Source: Parcubacteria group bacterium (GTDB lineage Bacteria > Patescibacteriota > Minisyncoccia > Phycocordibacterales > UBA2135). Taken from it: DNA of 64,000 nt. Location: contig JACPBB010000001.1 in NCBI GenBank assembly GCA_016180525.1, positions 251,840-315,839 of the forward strand. The letters are read 5' to 3'. The notes below the pieces were generated by a model. The model was not told the origin of the DNA, did not search any database, and saw only the letters and a list, made by a program, of their open reading frames with translations. Shown piece by piece: positions 45,441 through 54,518 of the stretch. Each line of letters opens with the position of its first letter. Position 1 is the stretch's first letter. The position numbers and the translations under genes were made by a program.

Positions 45441-46448
45441 TTACATTATCTCAATAATAGCCCGCGCGAGCTTGTCCGGGTCATGCCTGATTAAACTCCT
45501 TCGGAGTGTGTCTCCTGATTTTTTCTTCACCTCTTCCGAAGCAAGGAAATCATTTCTAATAATAGCAGCGCTCCCCTCCTCTAAATCATCCGCGATGGGA
45601 AATTCTTTCTGCGCGTAGTATGCCTCAAGAATATCCTCCGGCAGATTATTATTATTTACAAGGACATAGTCTGGGTTTCGACCTGTATACTGTATCAGTT
45701 CAGTGAGGTGGTCATTTGCAGTAAAATTATGCGTTTGTCCGTACTTGCTCATAAGGTTCAAAACAAAAAGTAATTTTCCTTTTGAGCTCACGAGCGCTTC
45801 TTTTGTCCCTGGCACCACAACGCTCGCAAGAATGCTCGTATAAAGGTCCCCAGGACCCATAATGATAAGGTCTGCGCTTGCTATTGCCTCGCGTGCCCTT
45901 TCCGATATGCGCGCTTCCGGCTCTATCCAGAGGCGTTTAATTTTTTGCGTTCCGTCATGGCTCTCGGGCGGCTCATCAATGTAGGTCTCCCCTTTTACCG
46001 TATGGCCGCTTTCATACTCCGCGGCCAAAGTAATTTTTTCACTGGTAACCGGAAGCACTCTGCCACGCACGCGAAGCATTTGGGAGGCATATTCAATCGC
46101 GCGCTCTTCTGAGCCGAAAATATCGGTGAGAGCAACTAAAAATAAATTGCCGAAATTGTGTCCCTTGAGCCCCTCCCCTTTATCAAAACGGTGGAGAAAA
46201 AGCGAGCGTAGGGCATTTCCCACCTCGCTGTCGTCAGCAAGCGCGACAAGCGCCATGCGAAAATCGCCAACGGGCAAGTACCCGAATTCATCCCGCAGTC
46301 GCCCCGTAGAGCCTCCACTGTCAGCAACGGTTACAATCGCCGTTAAATCAAAAAGGTCTGGAGGGTATTTTTTTAATCCGGACAAAACAGTGTATGTCCC
46401 CGTCCCCCCTCCAATAACCACTATATTTTTTTGTCTTTTCGTAAACAT
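45441..46448 (-). CDS. YvcK/gluconeogenesis-factor family protein (UPF0052, CofD-like, UDP-sugar binding)
   Basis: IVVIGGGTGTYTVLSGLK...TAIVTVADSGGSTGRLRDEFGYLPVGD is typical of YvcK. Confidence 0.85.
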   Translation of the reverse strand: MFTKRQKNIVVIGGGTGTYTVLSGLKKYPPDLFDLTAIVTVADSGGSTGRLRDEFGYLPVGDFRMALVALADDSEVGNALRSLFLHRFDKGEGLKGHNFGNLFLVALTDIFGSEERAIEYASQMLRVRGRVLPVTSEKITLAAEYESGHTVKGETYIDEPPESHDGTQKIKRLWIEPEARISERAREAIASADLIIMGPGDLYTSILASVVVPGTKEALVSSKGKLLFVLNLMSKYGQTHNFTANDHLTELIQYTGRNPDYVLVNNNNLPEDILEAYYAQKEFPIADDLEEGSAAIIRNDFLASEEVKKKSGDTLRRSLIRHDPDKLARAIIEIM

Positions 46449-46500
46449 ATCTTGTATTCATCATAACTCTTTATGCTTACAAAAAGTACCTGACACAATT

Positions 46501-47337
46501 TTATATTTGCTTTCCTATTATCGATTCTAATTTTGAAGTGTAGCCTTGTTTTTCGATCGAAATAATTCCATCCGAATAAACTGGGTCGGAGCACTTAAGA
46601 GGAAGCCATATATAACTTTTAGTATCCAATCTATAGCATTTAAAATCTGAAGATTTTTCTAATGGAGGTAACGGTCTTTTAATATCATCAATCATTAAAG
46701 TGAAATCATTATAAAAATCTGGGAAGACGTAGATGGCTTGAGCATTAATATAGTCAACGACAGAGCAATATTTATTGCTACCGCCAACAGAGCATTGAGA
46801 ACTAAATTCGTTACTAGTAGCTAAATACATTAACAAAATTTCATCCCCTTCTCCTAGTTGTGTAAGGTTAAGTGTGCATTTACGGTTGACACAATTATTA
46901 AATTCTGCGCTTTTCAATATTTTTTCTTCGGCTTTTAATTCAATTGGGCCCTCTTGAATCAATCCATTCATAAATTCTAATTTGATGTTTTTTGCTTTTC
47001 TCGGGCTAGAGTTTGTTATGTATATAGAATATGCTGAGCAACTACCTTCACATAATATAAAATCAGGGTTGATTATCCCTTTTCCAGACTTATTTTTGTC
47101 CACATTTTGTATTGCCGTCAAAGTGCCATAACCATATTGAGTGGTGAATAGATAATTTACATCGTTGATCGTTGAATTCTCTACTAATTTTGTTTCGGTA
47201 ACAGATATTTCAATCGCAGGGTCTGCAAAAAATTTTCCTAGAAAATTTTTTGTCTTTGAGTTTATCGGATCTTCAAATACTGCATAGAGTGCTATTGTAA
47301 CGATAACCCCGATAATAAAATATAGCGCATTTCTCAT
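46501..47337 (-). CDS. hypothetical membrane-anchored/secreted Cys-rich protein
   Basis: N-terminal TM anchor (ALYFIIGVIVTIALYAV), then a Cys/Asn/Ser-rich domain. The gene is visibly AT-richer than its flanks. Confidence 0.5.
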   Translation of the reverse strand: MRNALYFIIGVIVTIALYAVFEDPINSKTKNFLGKFFADPAIEISVTETKLVENSTINDVNYLFTTQYGYGTLTAIQNVDKNKSGKGIINPDFILCEGSCSAYSIYITNSSPRKAKNIKLEFMNGLIQEGPIELKAEEKILKSAEFNNCVNRKCTLNLTQLGEGDEILLMYLATSNEFSSQCSVGGSNKYCSVVDYINAQAIYVFPDFYNDFTLMIDDIKRPLPPLEKSSDFKCYRLDTKSYIWLPLKCSDPVYSDGIISIEKQGYTSKLESIIGKQI

Positions 47338-47377
47338 ATTATTTTAAAAAATTGGTGCCAGGTACCTTTTTCATTTT

Positions 47378-48445
47378 CTATTTTCTGTGGTTTAACAGGC
47401 ATTGTTCAAAAGATTGTTTATACAAACGCAAATATTCTTCTTTATCTTTATAAGGATACTTGTATTCTAAAGGTTTGGGAAGTTCTTTTTTATAAAGCCG
47501 CAGGAGTATCTCTCCCAGTGACTGCGGGGTGTGTTCCGCGATATACGCCCCGACTTCATGGGCAACGCCTACATCAGTAGCAACAACTGGAATACCGGCA
47601 ACTCGCGCCTCAACCATCTGCAATCCATACCCTTCATACCACGAGGTTACAAGAAGCGCATCCGCGCCTTTATAATATCCCGCGACATCATTTTGCCAAC
47701 CGAGAAAAAGAACGTTATTTTGTAACTTGTAACGTGTAACTTGTAACTCAGGGTCGTTACGCTCCGAGCCGTCGCCGATGATGACAAGGCAAGAATTTGG
47801 AACATGCCTTTGGAATATATTAAACGCTTCTAGCGCAAGCATCGGATTTTTTTCTTTTTCAAGCCGCCCCACCCAGAGAATCGTGAAATCGTACCGTTTT
47901 GGTAAAGATGTTGGTTGCGCATTTTTAATTTTTTCTGCGTCTATCCAAATAGGCAGGACCGCGCAGCTTGTAGCTTGTAGCTTGTAGCTTGTAGCAAGAG
48001 AATTTTTTATTTTTTCACTAACCACGCGAATGCAATCCGCCCTCAAAAGAGTGCGCCGCAAAAACATTTTTCGGATGAAATTTTTTATGCTCGCCCTGGC
48101 AAAATACGGAGAGAAAACATCCGTATGAACTTGCAGTTGTAATTTTGCGTTTAAAGCTGACGCAAGGCGTGAGGCAATGAACCCTGTTTCAAACGGGTCT
48201 TGCGCTGTCACAATATCAATATCGCCCCGCACTCGTTTAACAATATTACCAATACCCCACAAAGAACTAAGCGGCTCATGAAAAACAAAAACGTTTGGAG
48301 AGATGCGTTCTTCTTTATATTTTCCAATCGAAATTACACAAATATAAAGATTTTCAAATAATTTCCCATATTCAACCATCCGCGCACGCACAGCGCTTCC
48401 TTTGTCAAAAATCTTCGCATCCCGTGAGAGCATTAAAACTTTCAT
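47378..48445 (-). CDS. GT4 (group 1) glycosyltransferase containing two heptanucleotide repeat tracts
   Basis: GRLEKEKNPMLALEAF...GDGSERNDPE...YEGYGLQMVEARVAGIPVVATDVG. Carries (TTGTAAC)x4 at about 47720-47747 and (CTTGTAG)x4 at about 47967-47994. Confidence 0.85.
   Translation of the reverse strand: MKVLMLSRDAKIFDKGSAVRARMVEYGKLFENLYICVISIGKYKEERISPNVFVFHEPLSSLWGIGNIVKRVRGDIDIVTAQDPFETGFIASRLASALNAKLQLQVHTDVFSPYFARASIKNFIRKMFLRRTLLRADCIRVVSEKIKNSLATSYKLQATSCAVLPIWIDAEKIKNAQPTSLPKRYDFTILWVGRLEKEKNPMLALEAFNIFQRHVPNSCLVIIGDGSERNDPELQVTRYKLQNNVLFLGWQNDVAGYYKGADALLVTSWYEGYGLQMVEARVAGIPVVATDVGVAHEVGAYIAEHTPQSLGEILLRLYKKELPKPLEYKYPYKDKEEYLRLYKQSFEQCLLNHRK
47720..47747. repeat. heptanucleotide tandem repeat TTGTAAC x4 (third unit GTGTAAC) inside a GT4 coding sequence
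   Basis: ttgtaacttgtaacgtgtaacttgtaac encodes LQVTRYKLQ. Confidence 0.9.
47967..47994. repeat. heptanucleotide tandem repeat CTTGTAG x4 inside the same GT4 coding sequence
   Basis: cttgtagcttgtagcttgtagcttgtag encodes ATSYKLQATS. Confidence 0.9.
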
Positions 48446-49494
48446 TATTTTAGTTTATTCTCAAATACATATTTCAGAAATGAATCAAATTTGAGATATT
48501 TCATGAACGTATCGCGAGCTAATGTTTGCTTCTTTTTAAATTCTTCGTCTGACATACCGTCCCAGAATTTCCTTATATATTTGTCCGTGTTTTTAATATC
48601 GGTATACGGCACAAACACAACAAATTTTTTATAATCTATTTCGCCTTCGCTGGGCAGCATCCATTCGGTATCAATTAAAACGGGAATTCTTCCTAATGCC
48701 AGTGTCTCATAAAACCGAACCGCCATATTCGCATCTCCGCGAACTATGAGTACAAAGTCAGAATTCCTGATGTTCCCAATATATTCTTTCCGTAATACCA
48801 TTGGGTCGCCTTGTACCGTATTTTTATTTGCTGAATAAAAGTTTCTTATCAAAAAAGAGGTTTTGATAAGCCGTGAATTTTGTAAGGCGGCAATTGCCCT
48901 TTTCCTCCAATAAATTCCTTGCTTGTGAACTTCGGCGTATCGGCTGCGAAAAATATATTTTTTCACATCAAGAGGAATTGTTTTTGAAAGATATTTTAAT
49001 CTCTGCCGCAGAGAATTGAGCTCAGCCCAGCCACAAAAACTCACTACAGGTATTTCTTTTTTATTACGAAGATAAAATAAATCATTTGCGAGGATATCGC
49101 TCGCGTAGATTTGTGTCGGGGTGATAATTTCATTTTCCGCTGCCCCCCGATATCTATATCCGGCATATCGGAAAAAAAGCGTATGCGGTAAATAAAATTG
49201 CTCGTCAGAATCAACGAGGGCAAACGCAAGAATCTTTTTATTGTGTCTCTGCGCAAGCTCAACAAAATGGCTGATATATGTCTTATTGTTTCTGAGCGTG
49301 GGATATGTATAGGGAATGAGGATAAAATCAGCACCTTCCGGTTTGCTTACAACTGTTATAAAACTGAAATCCATCTCATCAAAAATCGCCCTATACGGCT
49401 TCTTGCCTTCATACGGAGGAATTTTAAGCTCGCGGTTCAAGAACCGCAACGGCTTGCCGCCGGGAAATAGTTCACCAATATAGACCTTGGCCAT
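48445..49494 (-). CDS. GT47 (exostosin-like) family glycosyltransferase, paralog 2
   Basis: FVLIVRGDANMAVRFYETLALGRIPVLIDTEWMLPSEGEIDYKKFVVFVPY matches the exostosin motif. Collinear similarity to 21773-22939 throughout (ADFILIPY / ILAFALVDSDE / FFRYAGYRY...ENEIITP). Confidence 0.55.
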   Translation of the reverse strand: MAKVYIGELFPGGKPLRFLNRELKIPPYEGKKPYRAIFDEMDFSFITVVSKPEGADFILIPYTYPTLRNNKTYISHFVELAQRHNKKILAFALVDSDEQFYLPHTLFFRYAGYRYRGAAENEIITPTQIYASDILANDLFYLRNKKEIPVVSFCGWAELNSLRQRLKYLSKTIPLDVKKYIFRSRYAEVHKQGIYWRKRAIAALQNSRLIKTSFLIRNFYSANKNTVQGDPMVLRKEYIGNIRNSDFVLIVRGDANMAVRFYETLALGRIPVLIDTEWMLPSEGEIDYKKFVVFVPYTDIKNTDKYIRKFWDGMSDEEFKKKQTLARDTFMKYLKFDSFLKYVFENKLK

Positions 49495-49538
49495 ATAAAG
49501 AATTTCTAATTCACCTAATAAAATGTTTAACGCAAAAA

Positions 49539-51071
49539 TTAGAGCAATGTAACCAGTGATTCTATCGCTTTTTCTTTTGAAAACGATTTTGCCTTTTCTA
49601 TCCCGTTTTTTATCAGGTCGTTTCGCATGGCCCCATTCTTAAGAAGAGTTTTGACAGCGTTTTTGATTTCACTCTTGTCATTATATGAAACAAGCAGGCC
49701 CTCTTTTTGGTTCTCTATAAGCTCCGAGTTTCCTCCGATATTAGTCGTAATAATAGGGGTTCCGAGCGCCATTACTTCAAGCAATTGATGAGAAAACCCC
49801 TCATAGCCGGTATTGAGCACAAAGATATCGGCGGCTCGTATATATTCCGTAAGCATGCCAGATGACAATCTGCCGACTAAAAAAACTACATCTTGTAACT
49901 TGTAACTTGTAACTTGTAACTTGAGTGTTTCCCGCTCCGGTCCGTCTCCGGCTATATATAATTTAATATCGGGAATTTCTTTTTTTAGTTCAGCGATAAC
50001 GTCAATGAGCGCGGAAAATCCTTTCCACGGCACAAGCCGCCCCGCAGAAAAAATTACTGTTCCGTGCATTCCCAATTTTTCCCTTACGTTTTCTTTGGGC
50101 GCTAACGAAGCCGAAAACTCAAACGAATTATAAATGACTTTGATTTTCAGGCCTTCAATTCCCCACTGTTGTACGATTTTTTTGAGATATTCACTCGGCA
50201 CAACAATATGGCCTGCGTTTCGCGCGACAAGATGCTCAATTTTTCTCCGAGCTTCCGTCACGAAATCAAATTTTCTTTCTTGAAACTCCTCTGGCGTAAT
50301 AAATTTTCCATCGGTGTTTTTCATTTTTCGCTTTTCATTTTGCACTTGATACTGTTCCCACGCGTAGTCTCCCGCGATGCGTAACAAAAATTTTTTTCTA
50401 AGCAGTTTGGACACAATAAGCGCGGGAAATCCAACGCTTACCGGGTCAAGTGCGTATATAATTTCAGCTTCTGTGGCCCTAAAGCAAATAATTAAAAAAT
50501 AAACGAGGTGTCGAATAATTTTAGGCAGCTTGCGAACACTGCTAAAAGATACAATCGTAATGTGAATATTGCGACTTGGAAGCTCTGTTTCAAGAAGTTT
50601 TGCGTACGTAGCCGGGCCACCGATATCAGGAGGATAGAGCGGAGTGGCTAGGAGGACTCTCCCTTTCTGAGTGTGATTAAAAATAATATTTCCATATATA
50701 AAAAATGTTACGACCGCGATGGCGCCTGAAGAAAATACCTGCGCAAGCATGTACCAGAGGCCTGCAACAGAAACAAGTACGTACATAAAAAGGGCGTTCG
50801 CGGCAAGCCCCGTGAGCGCGGTTATAAGATATAGGGCGACTTGCCGTGAAATATCGTGCGTATGAGTATTTTTAAATGTCCATAATTTCTGCAACAGAAA
50901 GCTCGCAAAAAACGCGAAAACAAACGCAATCGTTGAGGAGAGAAGATACCACAGACCAACGATGTCAGTAAGCACATATAAAAAACTAAGCGATACAAAG
51001 GCCGCTATTCCTCCCGCAATTAGATATCGCGCGATTTTATTTTGAATAAATTTTAAAAACATAATTTTCAT
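49539..51071 (-). CDS. GtrA-like membrane domain fused to a GT4 glycosyltransferase; contains a heptanucleotide repeat tract
   Basis: N-terminal 4-TM GtrA-like segment (IARYLIAGGIAAFVSLSFLYVL...) followed by a GT4 domain (...GDGPERETL...GFSHQLLEVMALGTPIITTNIGG). (CTTGTAA)x4 at about 49892-49919 encodes KLQVTSYKLQ. Confidence 0.75.
   Translation of the reverse strand: MKIMFLKFIQNKIARYLIAGGIAAFVSLSFLYVLTDIVGLWYLLSSTIAFVFAFFASFLLQKLWTFKNTHTHDISRQVALYLITALTGLAANALFMYVLVSVAGLWYMLAQVFSSGAIAVVTFFIYGNIIFNHTQKGRVLLATPLYPPDIGGPATYAKLLETELPSRNIHITIVSFSSVRKLPKIIRHLVYFLIICFRATEAEIIYALDPVSVGFPALIVSKLLRKKFLLRIAGDYAWEQYQVQNEKRKMKNTDGKFITPEEFQERKFDFVTEARRKIEHLVARNAGHIVVPSEYLKKIVQQWGIEGLKIKVIYNSFEFSASLAPKENVREKLGMHGTVIFSAGRLVPWKGFSALIDVIAELKKEIPDIKLYIAGDGPERETLKLQVTSYKLQDVVFLVGRLSSGMLTEYIRAADIFVLNTGYEGFSHQLLEVMALGTPIITTNIGGNSELIENQKEGLLVSYNDKSEIKNAVKTLLKNGAMRNDLIKNGIEKAKSFSKEKAIESLVTLL
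49892..49919. repeat. heptanucleotide tandem repeat CTTGTAA x4 inside a GT4 coding sequence
   Basis: cttgtaacttgtaacttgtaacttgtaa. Same unit as in gene 47378-48445. Confidence 0.9.
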
Positions 51072-52258
51072 GATGCTGTTTCAAAAATATGTTTCATTGT
51101 GTTAGCAATTTTATTCCAATCGTGTTTTTCTGTAGCAACTTCACGAGCATTTTTAACAATAGTACTTATCGCTTCTTTGTGCTTCGGATTGATAATAAAA
51201 TCTACTTGATCTGCAACGCTTTTGGGGTCTTTTACTCCGCATATAAACCCGGTTTCTCTGTCTTTTAGAAAGTCTACTATGCCGCCAACGGCTGTTCCGA
51301 TAACCGGAATTCCCGCGGCCATCGCCTCAATAAAAGAATTGCCCATACCCTCCGAAAGAGAGGGACGAACAAAAATATCCGAAGATTTAAGATATGGTGG
51401 AACTTTTTTCCCGTCAATAAATCCCAAAAAATGAACTCTGCGCGAAACACCCACATCTTCCGCGAGTTTTTTGAGCATCCGCTCATCAGGCCCAACCCCG
51501 AGTACAATAAAATGAACGGTTTCTGGTAAATATCTAAGCGCCTTTATAACATCATCAACGGCGTTCTTCTTCACCAGCCGTGATGTCGTAATTAAAGCCT
51601 TATCTTTTTCCTGTATTTTTAAACTTTTTCGTAGCTCCTCTGTTTTATGTTTTTCGATTTGCGTTTTGAATTTTTCTACATCTACCCCATTCGGCACAAC
51701 GGAGCTCTTCCCTTTAAACCCCATTTTCCTTCCCCATTTTTCAAGAAACGAAGATTCGCCGACGAGATGGTCGGCAAGCGCAAATCCCCTTACAAACAAA
51801 GGCCATGCAGGCAACATTGTGCGTTCTATGTATTCGGGAGGATCTCCCTCTTGAAGCGTTAGAACATAAAAAACGTCTCTATAAAATGTTTTAAAAAGAC
51901 CGGCAGGAATTCCTGCAGAGTGTGCCATCATAGCCCACATGCCGTCAAAGTGGTGTGTGCGATGAAGCGCGGCCCCTTTTAAAAAAGCGAGAATCTGAAA
52001 AATATATTTGTTGAGGTGCAAAGGAAATAGGCGGAAATCGGCAGAGTTTGGACTCATTTTTGCAAAACCGATGCGATGCACAAAAACATTTCCAACCTTT
52101 TCTGATTTTGGCAGTGCCTTGTCAAACCGCGCAGTCACCATGTGAAACTCAAATTCATCAGGAGAAATTCTGTCCGTGATTTCTTTTATGGCGACTTCCG
52201 CACCCCCCACAAACGGATAATACGCAAGAGAAAATATAAGAACTTTCTTTGGTGTCAT
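51068..52258 (-). CDS. GT4 (group 1) glycosyltransferase
   Basis: VLIFSLAYYPFVGGAEVAI N-terminus and C-terminal EGMGNSFIEAMAAGIPVIGTAVGG. Confidence 0.85.
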   Translation of the reverse strand: MTPKKVLIFSLAYYPFVGGAEVAIKEITDRISPDEFEFHMVTARFDKALPKSEKVGNVFVHRIGFAKMSPNSADFRLFPLHLNKYIFQILAFLKGAALHRTHHFDGMWAMMAHSAGIPAGLFKTFYRDVFYVLTLQEGDPPEYIERTMLPAWPLFVRGFALADHLVGESSFLEKWGRKMGFKGKSSVVPNGVDVEKFKTQIEKHKTEELRKSLKIQEKDKALITTSRLVKKNAVDDVIKALRYLPETVHFIVLGVGPDERMLKKLAEDVGVSRRVHFLGFIDGKKVPPYLKSSDIFVRPSLSEGMGNSFIEAMAAGIPVIGTAVGGIVDFLKDRETGFICGVKDPKSVADQVDFIINPKHKEAISTIVKNAREVATEKHDWNKIANTMKHIFETAS

Positions 52259-52357
52259 TGATTAATGATAACACGACTGTATTCTATAACGTTTTCTGTT
52301 GCTGCTCATTGTTATCAATACTATTTTTAAAGAATGACCCACTTTGAGTAAGTAATT

Positions 52358-53317
52358 TTAACGAATCCACTGTAACTTTTTTATAAAAATAGAGCGGCTA
52401 TTTGCGCTGATGGATCGTTCTATGGCCTCAAGGACCCTTACTGTTGCAATCCCGTTTTTTATATCCGTTTTTGGTTTTTTGTTTGTTTTTATCATTGTGA
52501 GAAACGCTTTGAGTTCAGCTGTAAGCGGAAGGATTTTATTGTATGACGGGTGCGTAATGATTTCTTTTCCTTGTTTTGTGACATTATTTCTTTTTTTTAG
52601 CCCAACGTTTTTGTATACAGTTATTTTTTTCTTCGCCATTTCATCAAAAACAATCGTGCTTTTTTCTCCAACAATCGTCATTCGTTTTCTTTTTTCAGGA
52701 AACATCCAAGAGTTAAACATAAACGCTATTGTGCCGTTTTTAAAATATAGTTTGGCATATGTCGTATCATACAACGTACTTTTTGAACGCATATGCGACA
52801 CCTCCCAACCTAGAACGCGTATCGGGCTTTCCAGAAGTAAATCCAAAAGCATGTAAACATCGTGCGAGCCCCAATCCCACAAAACTGATACATCCTCGCG
52901 AACGGGTCCGCTGCTACAACCCTCGCTAAAAATATATCTTATTTTACCAATATGTTTTGCAAGCTGTTTTGTTTTAAGGTATGCCGGGTTGTAGAGATGT
53001 AGATGCCCTACAAATACACGCGCGCCGCTTTTACGCGCGGCGCGCGCAAGCACTAGTGCCTCCGCAACGTTTGTCACCATCGGTTTTTCAATAAAAACCG
53101 AAAGACCTTTTTTAATAAACGGGAGCGCGACTTTTGCGTGAGTAGCGGCAGGAGTTGCCACAATAACCGCATCAATGTCTTCCTTGTTTAAAAGAGTACT
53201 ATAATCGTATTCTGCTATATATGAAACAGTAACACTCTCTAATATTTTGAGGGTGCCAATGATCTTTTTTCCCCAGCGTCCCGCTCCAATAACCGCGACC
53301 CTTGTTCGTTTTATCAT
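52358..53317 (-). CDS. Gfo/Idh/MocA-family NAD(P)-dependent oxidoreductase (sugar-nucleotide dehydrogenase-like)
   Basis: RVAVIGAGRWGKK Rossmann N-terminus, ...DAVIVATPAATH..., EKPM motif. Confidence 0.85.
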   Translation of the reverse strand: MIKRTRVAVIGAGRWGKKIIGTLKILESVTVSYIAEYDYSTLLNKEDIDAVIVATPAATHAKVALPFIKKGLSVFIEKPMVTNVAEALVLARAARKSGARVFVGHLHLYNPAYLKTKQLAKHIGKIRYIFSEGCSSGPVREDVSVLWDWGSHDVYMLLDLLLESPIRVLGWEVSHMRSKSTLYDTTYAKLYFKNGTIAFMFNSWMFPEKRKRMTIVGEKSTIVFDEMAKKKITVYKNVGLKKRNNVTKQGKEIITHPSYNKILPLTAELKAFLTMIKTNKKPKTDIKNGIATVRVLEAIERSISANSRSIFIKKLQWIR

Positions 53318-53361
53318 TGAGGATTATTATCCCAATTCTTGCCTCTTATACAAAGCGTGTG

Positions 53362-54441
53362 TTAATTACCCTGAGTATAACTTGGATCATTTTTGCACCA
53401 CTCTATAAACTGCTCAAGTCCTTCCTTAAGAGAAACGTGTGGGGTAAAGCCAAGGTCATTCCGCGCTTTAGAAACATCCGGGCAGCGTCTCTGGGGTTCC
53501 CCCGCGGGGTAAGTTTCCGGATATGCTATAAGGTCATAAGAAATTTTGTTATCAAAAAGAGAAGTGAACAGCTCGGCGAGGTCTTTCATGCTTATTTCAT
53601 TTTCATCATTACCAATATTATATGGATGTCCCGGTTTGCCCTTAAGAAGTACGAGCAAAAATCCGGTAATCGCGTCCGTAATATAACAAAAAGTGCGCGT
53701 CTGATGTCCGTCTCCGTGTACCGGTAGGGGCTCGTTATTAAGGGCTCGGAACGCGAACATCGGAAGCACTCGGTGATCGTTATGAGACATGCCTGGGCCA
53801 AAGACGTTAAATGGCCGAACGATTGTTGTGGGAATACCGTATTGCTGCTCATAAATTGTGGCAATGGTCTCGCCGAGACGCTTTGATTCATCGTAGCAGG
53901 CCCGCGGACCAACTGACGAAACATACCCATGATATGTCTCCTGTGTCGGAACAGCTTTCGGGTCCGGGTCTCCGTATATTTCACTTGAACTGAAAAAAAG
54001 AAATCCCTCAAGGTGGTCTTTATTTTTTCGCGCAAGCTCAAGCAGATTCTTTACTCCGAAAACAGTGCCTTCAATCGTTTCAAGCGGATATTTTTTGTAA
54101 TACACGGGAGAAGCAAGGCCGGCCCCGTTTATTATAAAGTGAACATCCTCCCTCACCGGAAGCGGGTAGGTGACATCTGCCCATACCTCAAGAACGTCAG
54201 GTCGACCCTGATAATTAAAATGCGGATGGCGAGCCCCCGTAATATAGTTATCAACAGAAATAACGCGACACGGTTTAGAAAAAACGTTGTCATTCAAATA
54301 GGCAAGTGTGCCAACGATGTACTTTCCGAGAAAACCGCCACCGCCACTCATGAGAATTGTTTTCCCTTCAAACTTTTTTGCTTCTTCTCCAAGATTTTTC
54401 GCAATAGTCGCTATATCTTTTTTTACGATTTCTTGAGACAT
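53362..54441 (-). CDS. UDP-glucuronate decarboxylase / UXS-like extended SDR (ArnA-dehydrogenase-like)
   Basis: ILMSGGGGFLG; ETIEGTVFGVKNLLELARK, SSEIYGDP, GPRACYDESKRLGE and RPFNVFGPGM closely parallel UXS motifs (KTIKTNVIGT..., STSEVYGDP, GPRACYDEGKRVAE, RIFNTYGPRM). Start placed at ATG (MSQEIV); the track start is a GTG. Confidence 0.8.
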   Translation of the reverse strand: MSQEIVKKDIATIAKNLGEEAKKFEGKTILMSGGGGFLGKYIVGTLAYLNDNVFSKPCRVISVDNYITGARHPHFNYQGRPDVLEVWADVTYPLPVREDVHFIINGAGLASPVYYKKYPLETIEGTVFGVKNLLELARKNKDHLEGFLFFSSSEIYGDPDPKAVPTQETYHGYVSSVGPRACYDESKRLGETIATIYEQQYGIPTTIVRPFNVFGPGMSHNDHRVLPMFAFRALNNEPLPVHGDGHQTRTFCYITDAITGFLLVLLKGKPGHPYNIGNDENEISMKDLAELFTSLFDNKISYDLIAYPETYPAGEPQRRCPDVSKARNDLGFTPHVSLKEGLEQFIEWCKNDPSYTQGN

Positions 54442-54518
54442 ATGTTTAGAAAAAATTAAATGGAATAATATACAATACTGTAACTGGAAAATGCCCACAA
54501 AAGCAACTTTGCCGCGCG

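Noticed and set aside
47338-47377. AAAAAATTGGTGCCAGGTACCTTTTT as a possible terminator after gene 47378-48445
   Set aside because: The stem is short and imperfect (GGTGCC/GGTACC are not complementary in the right register). Weak.
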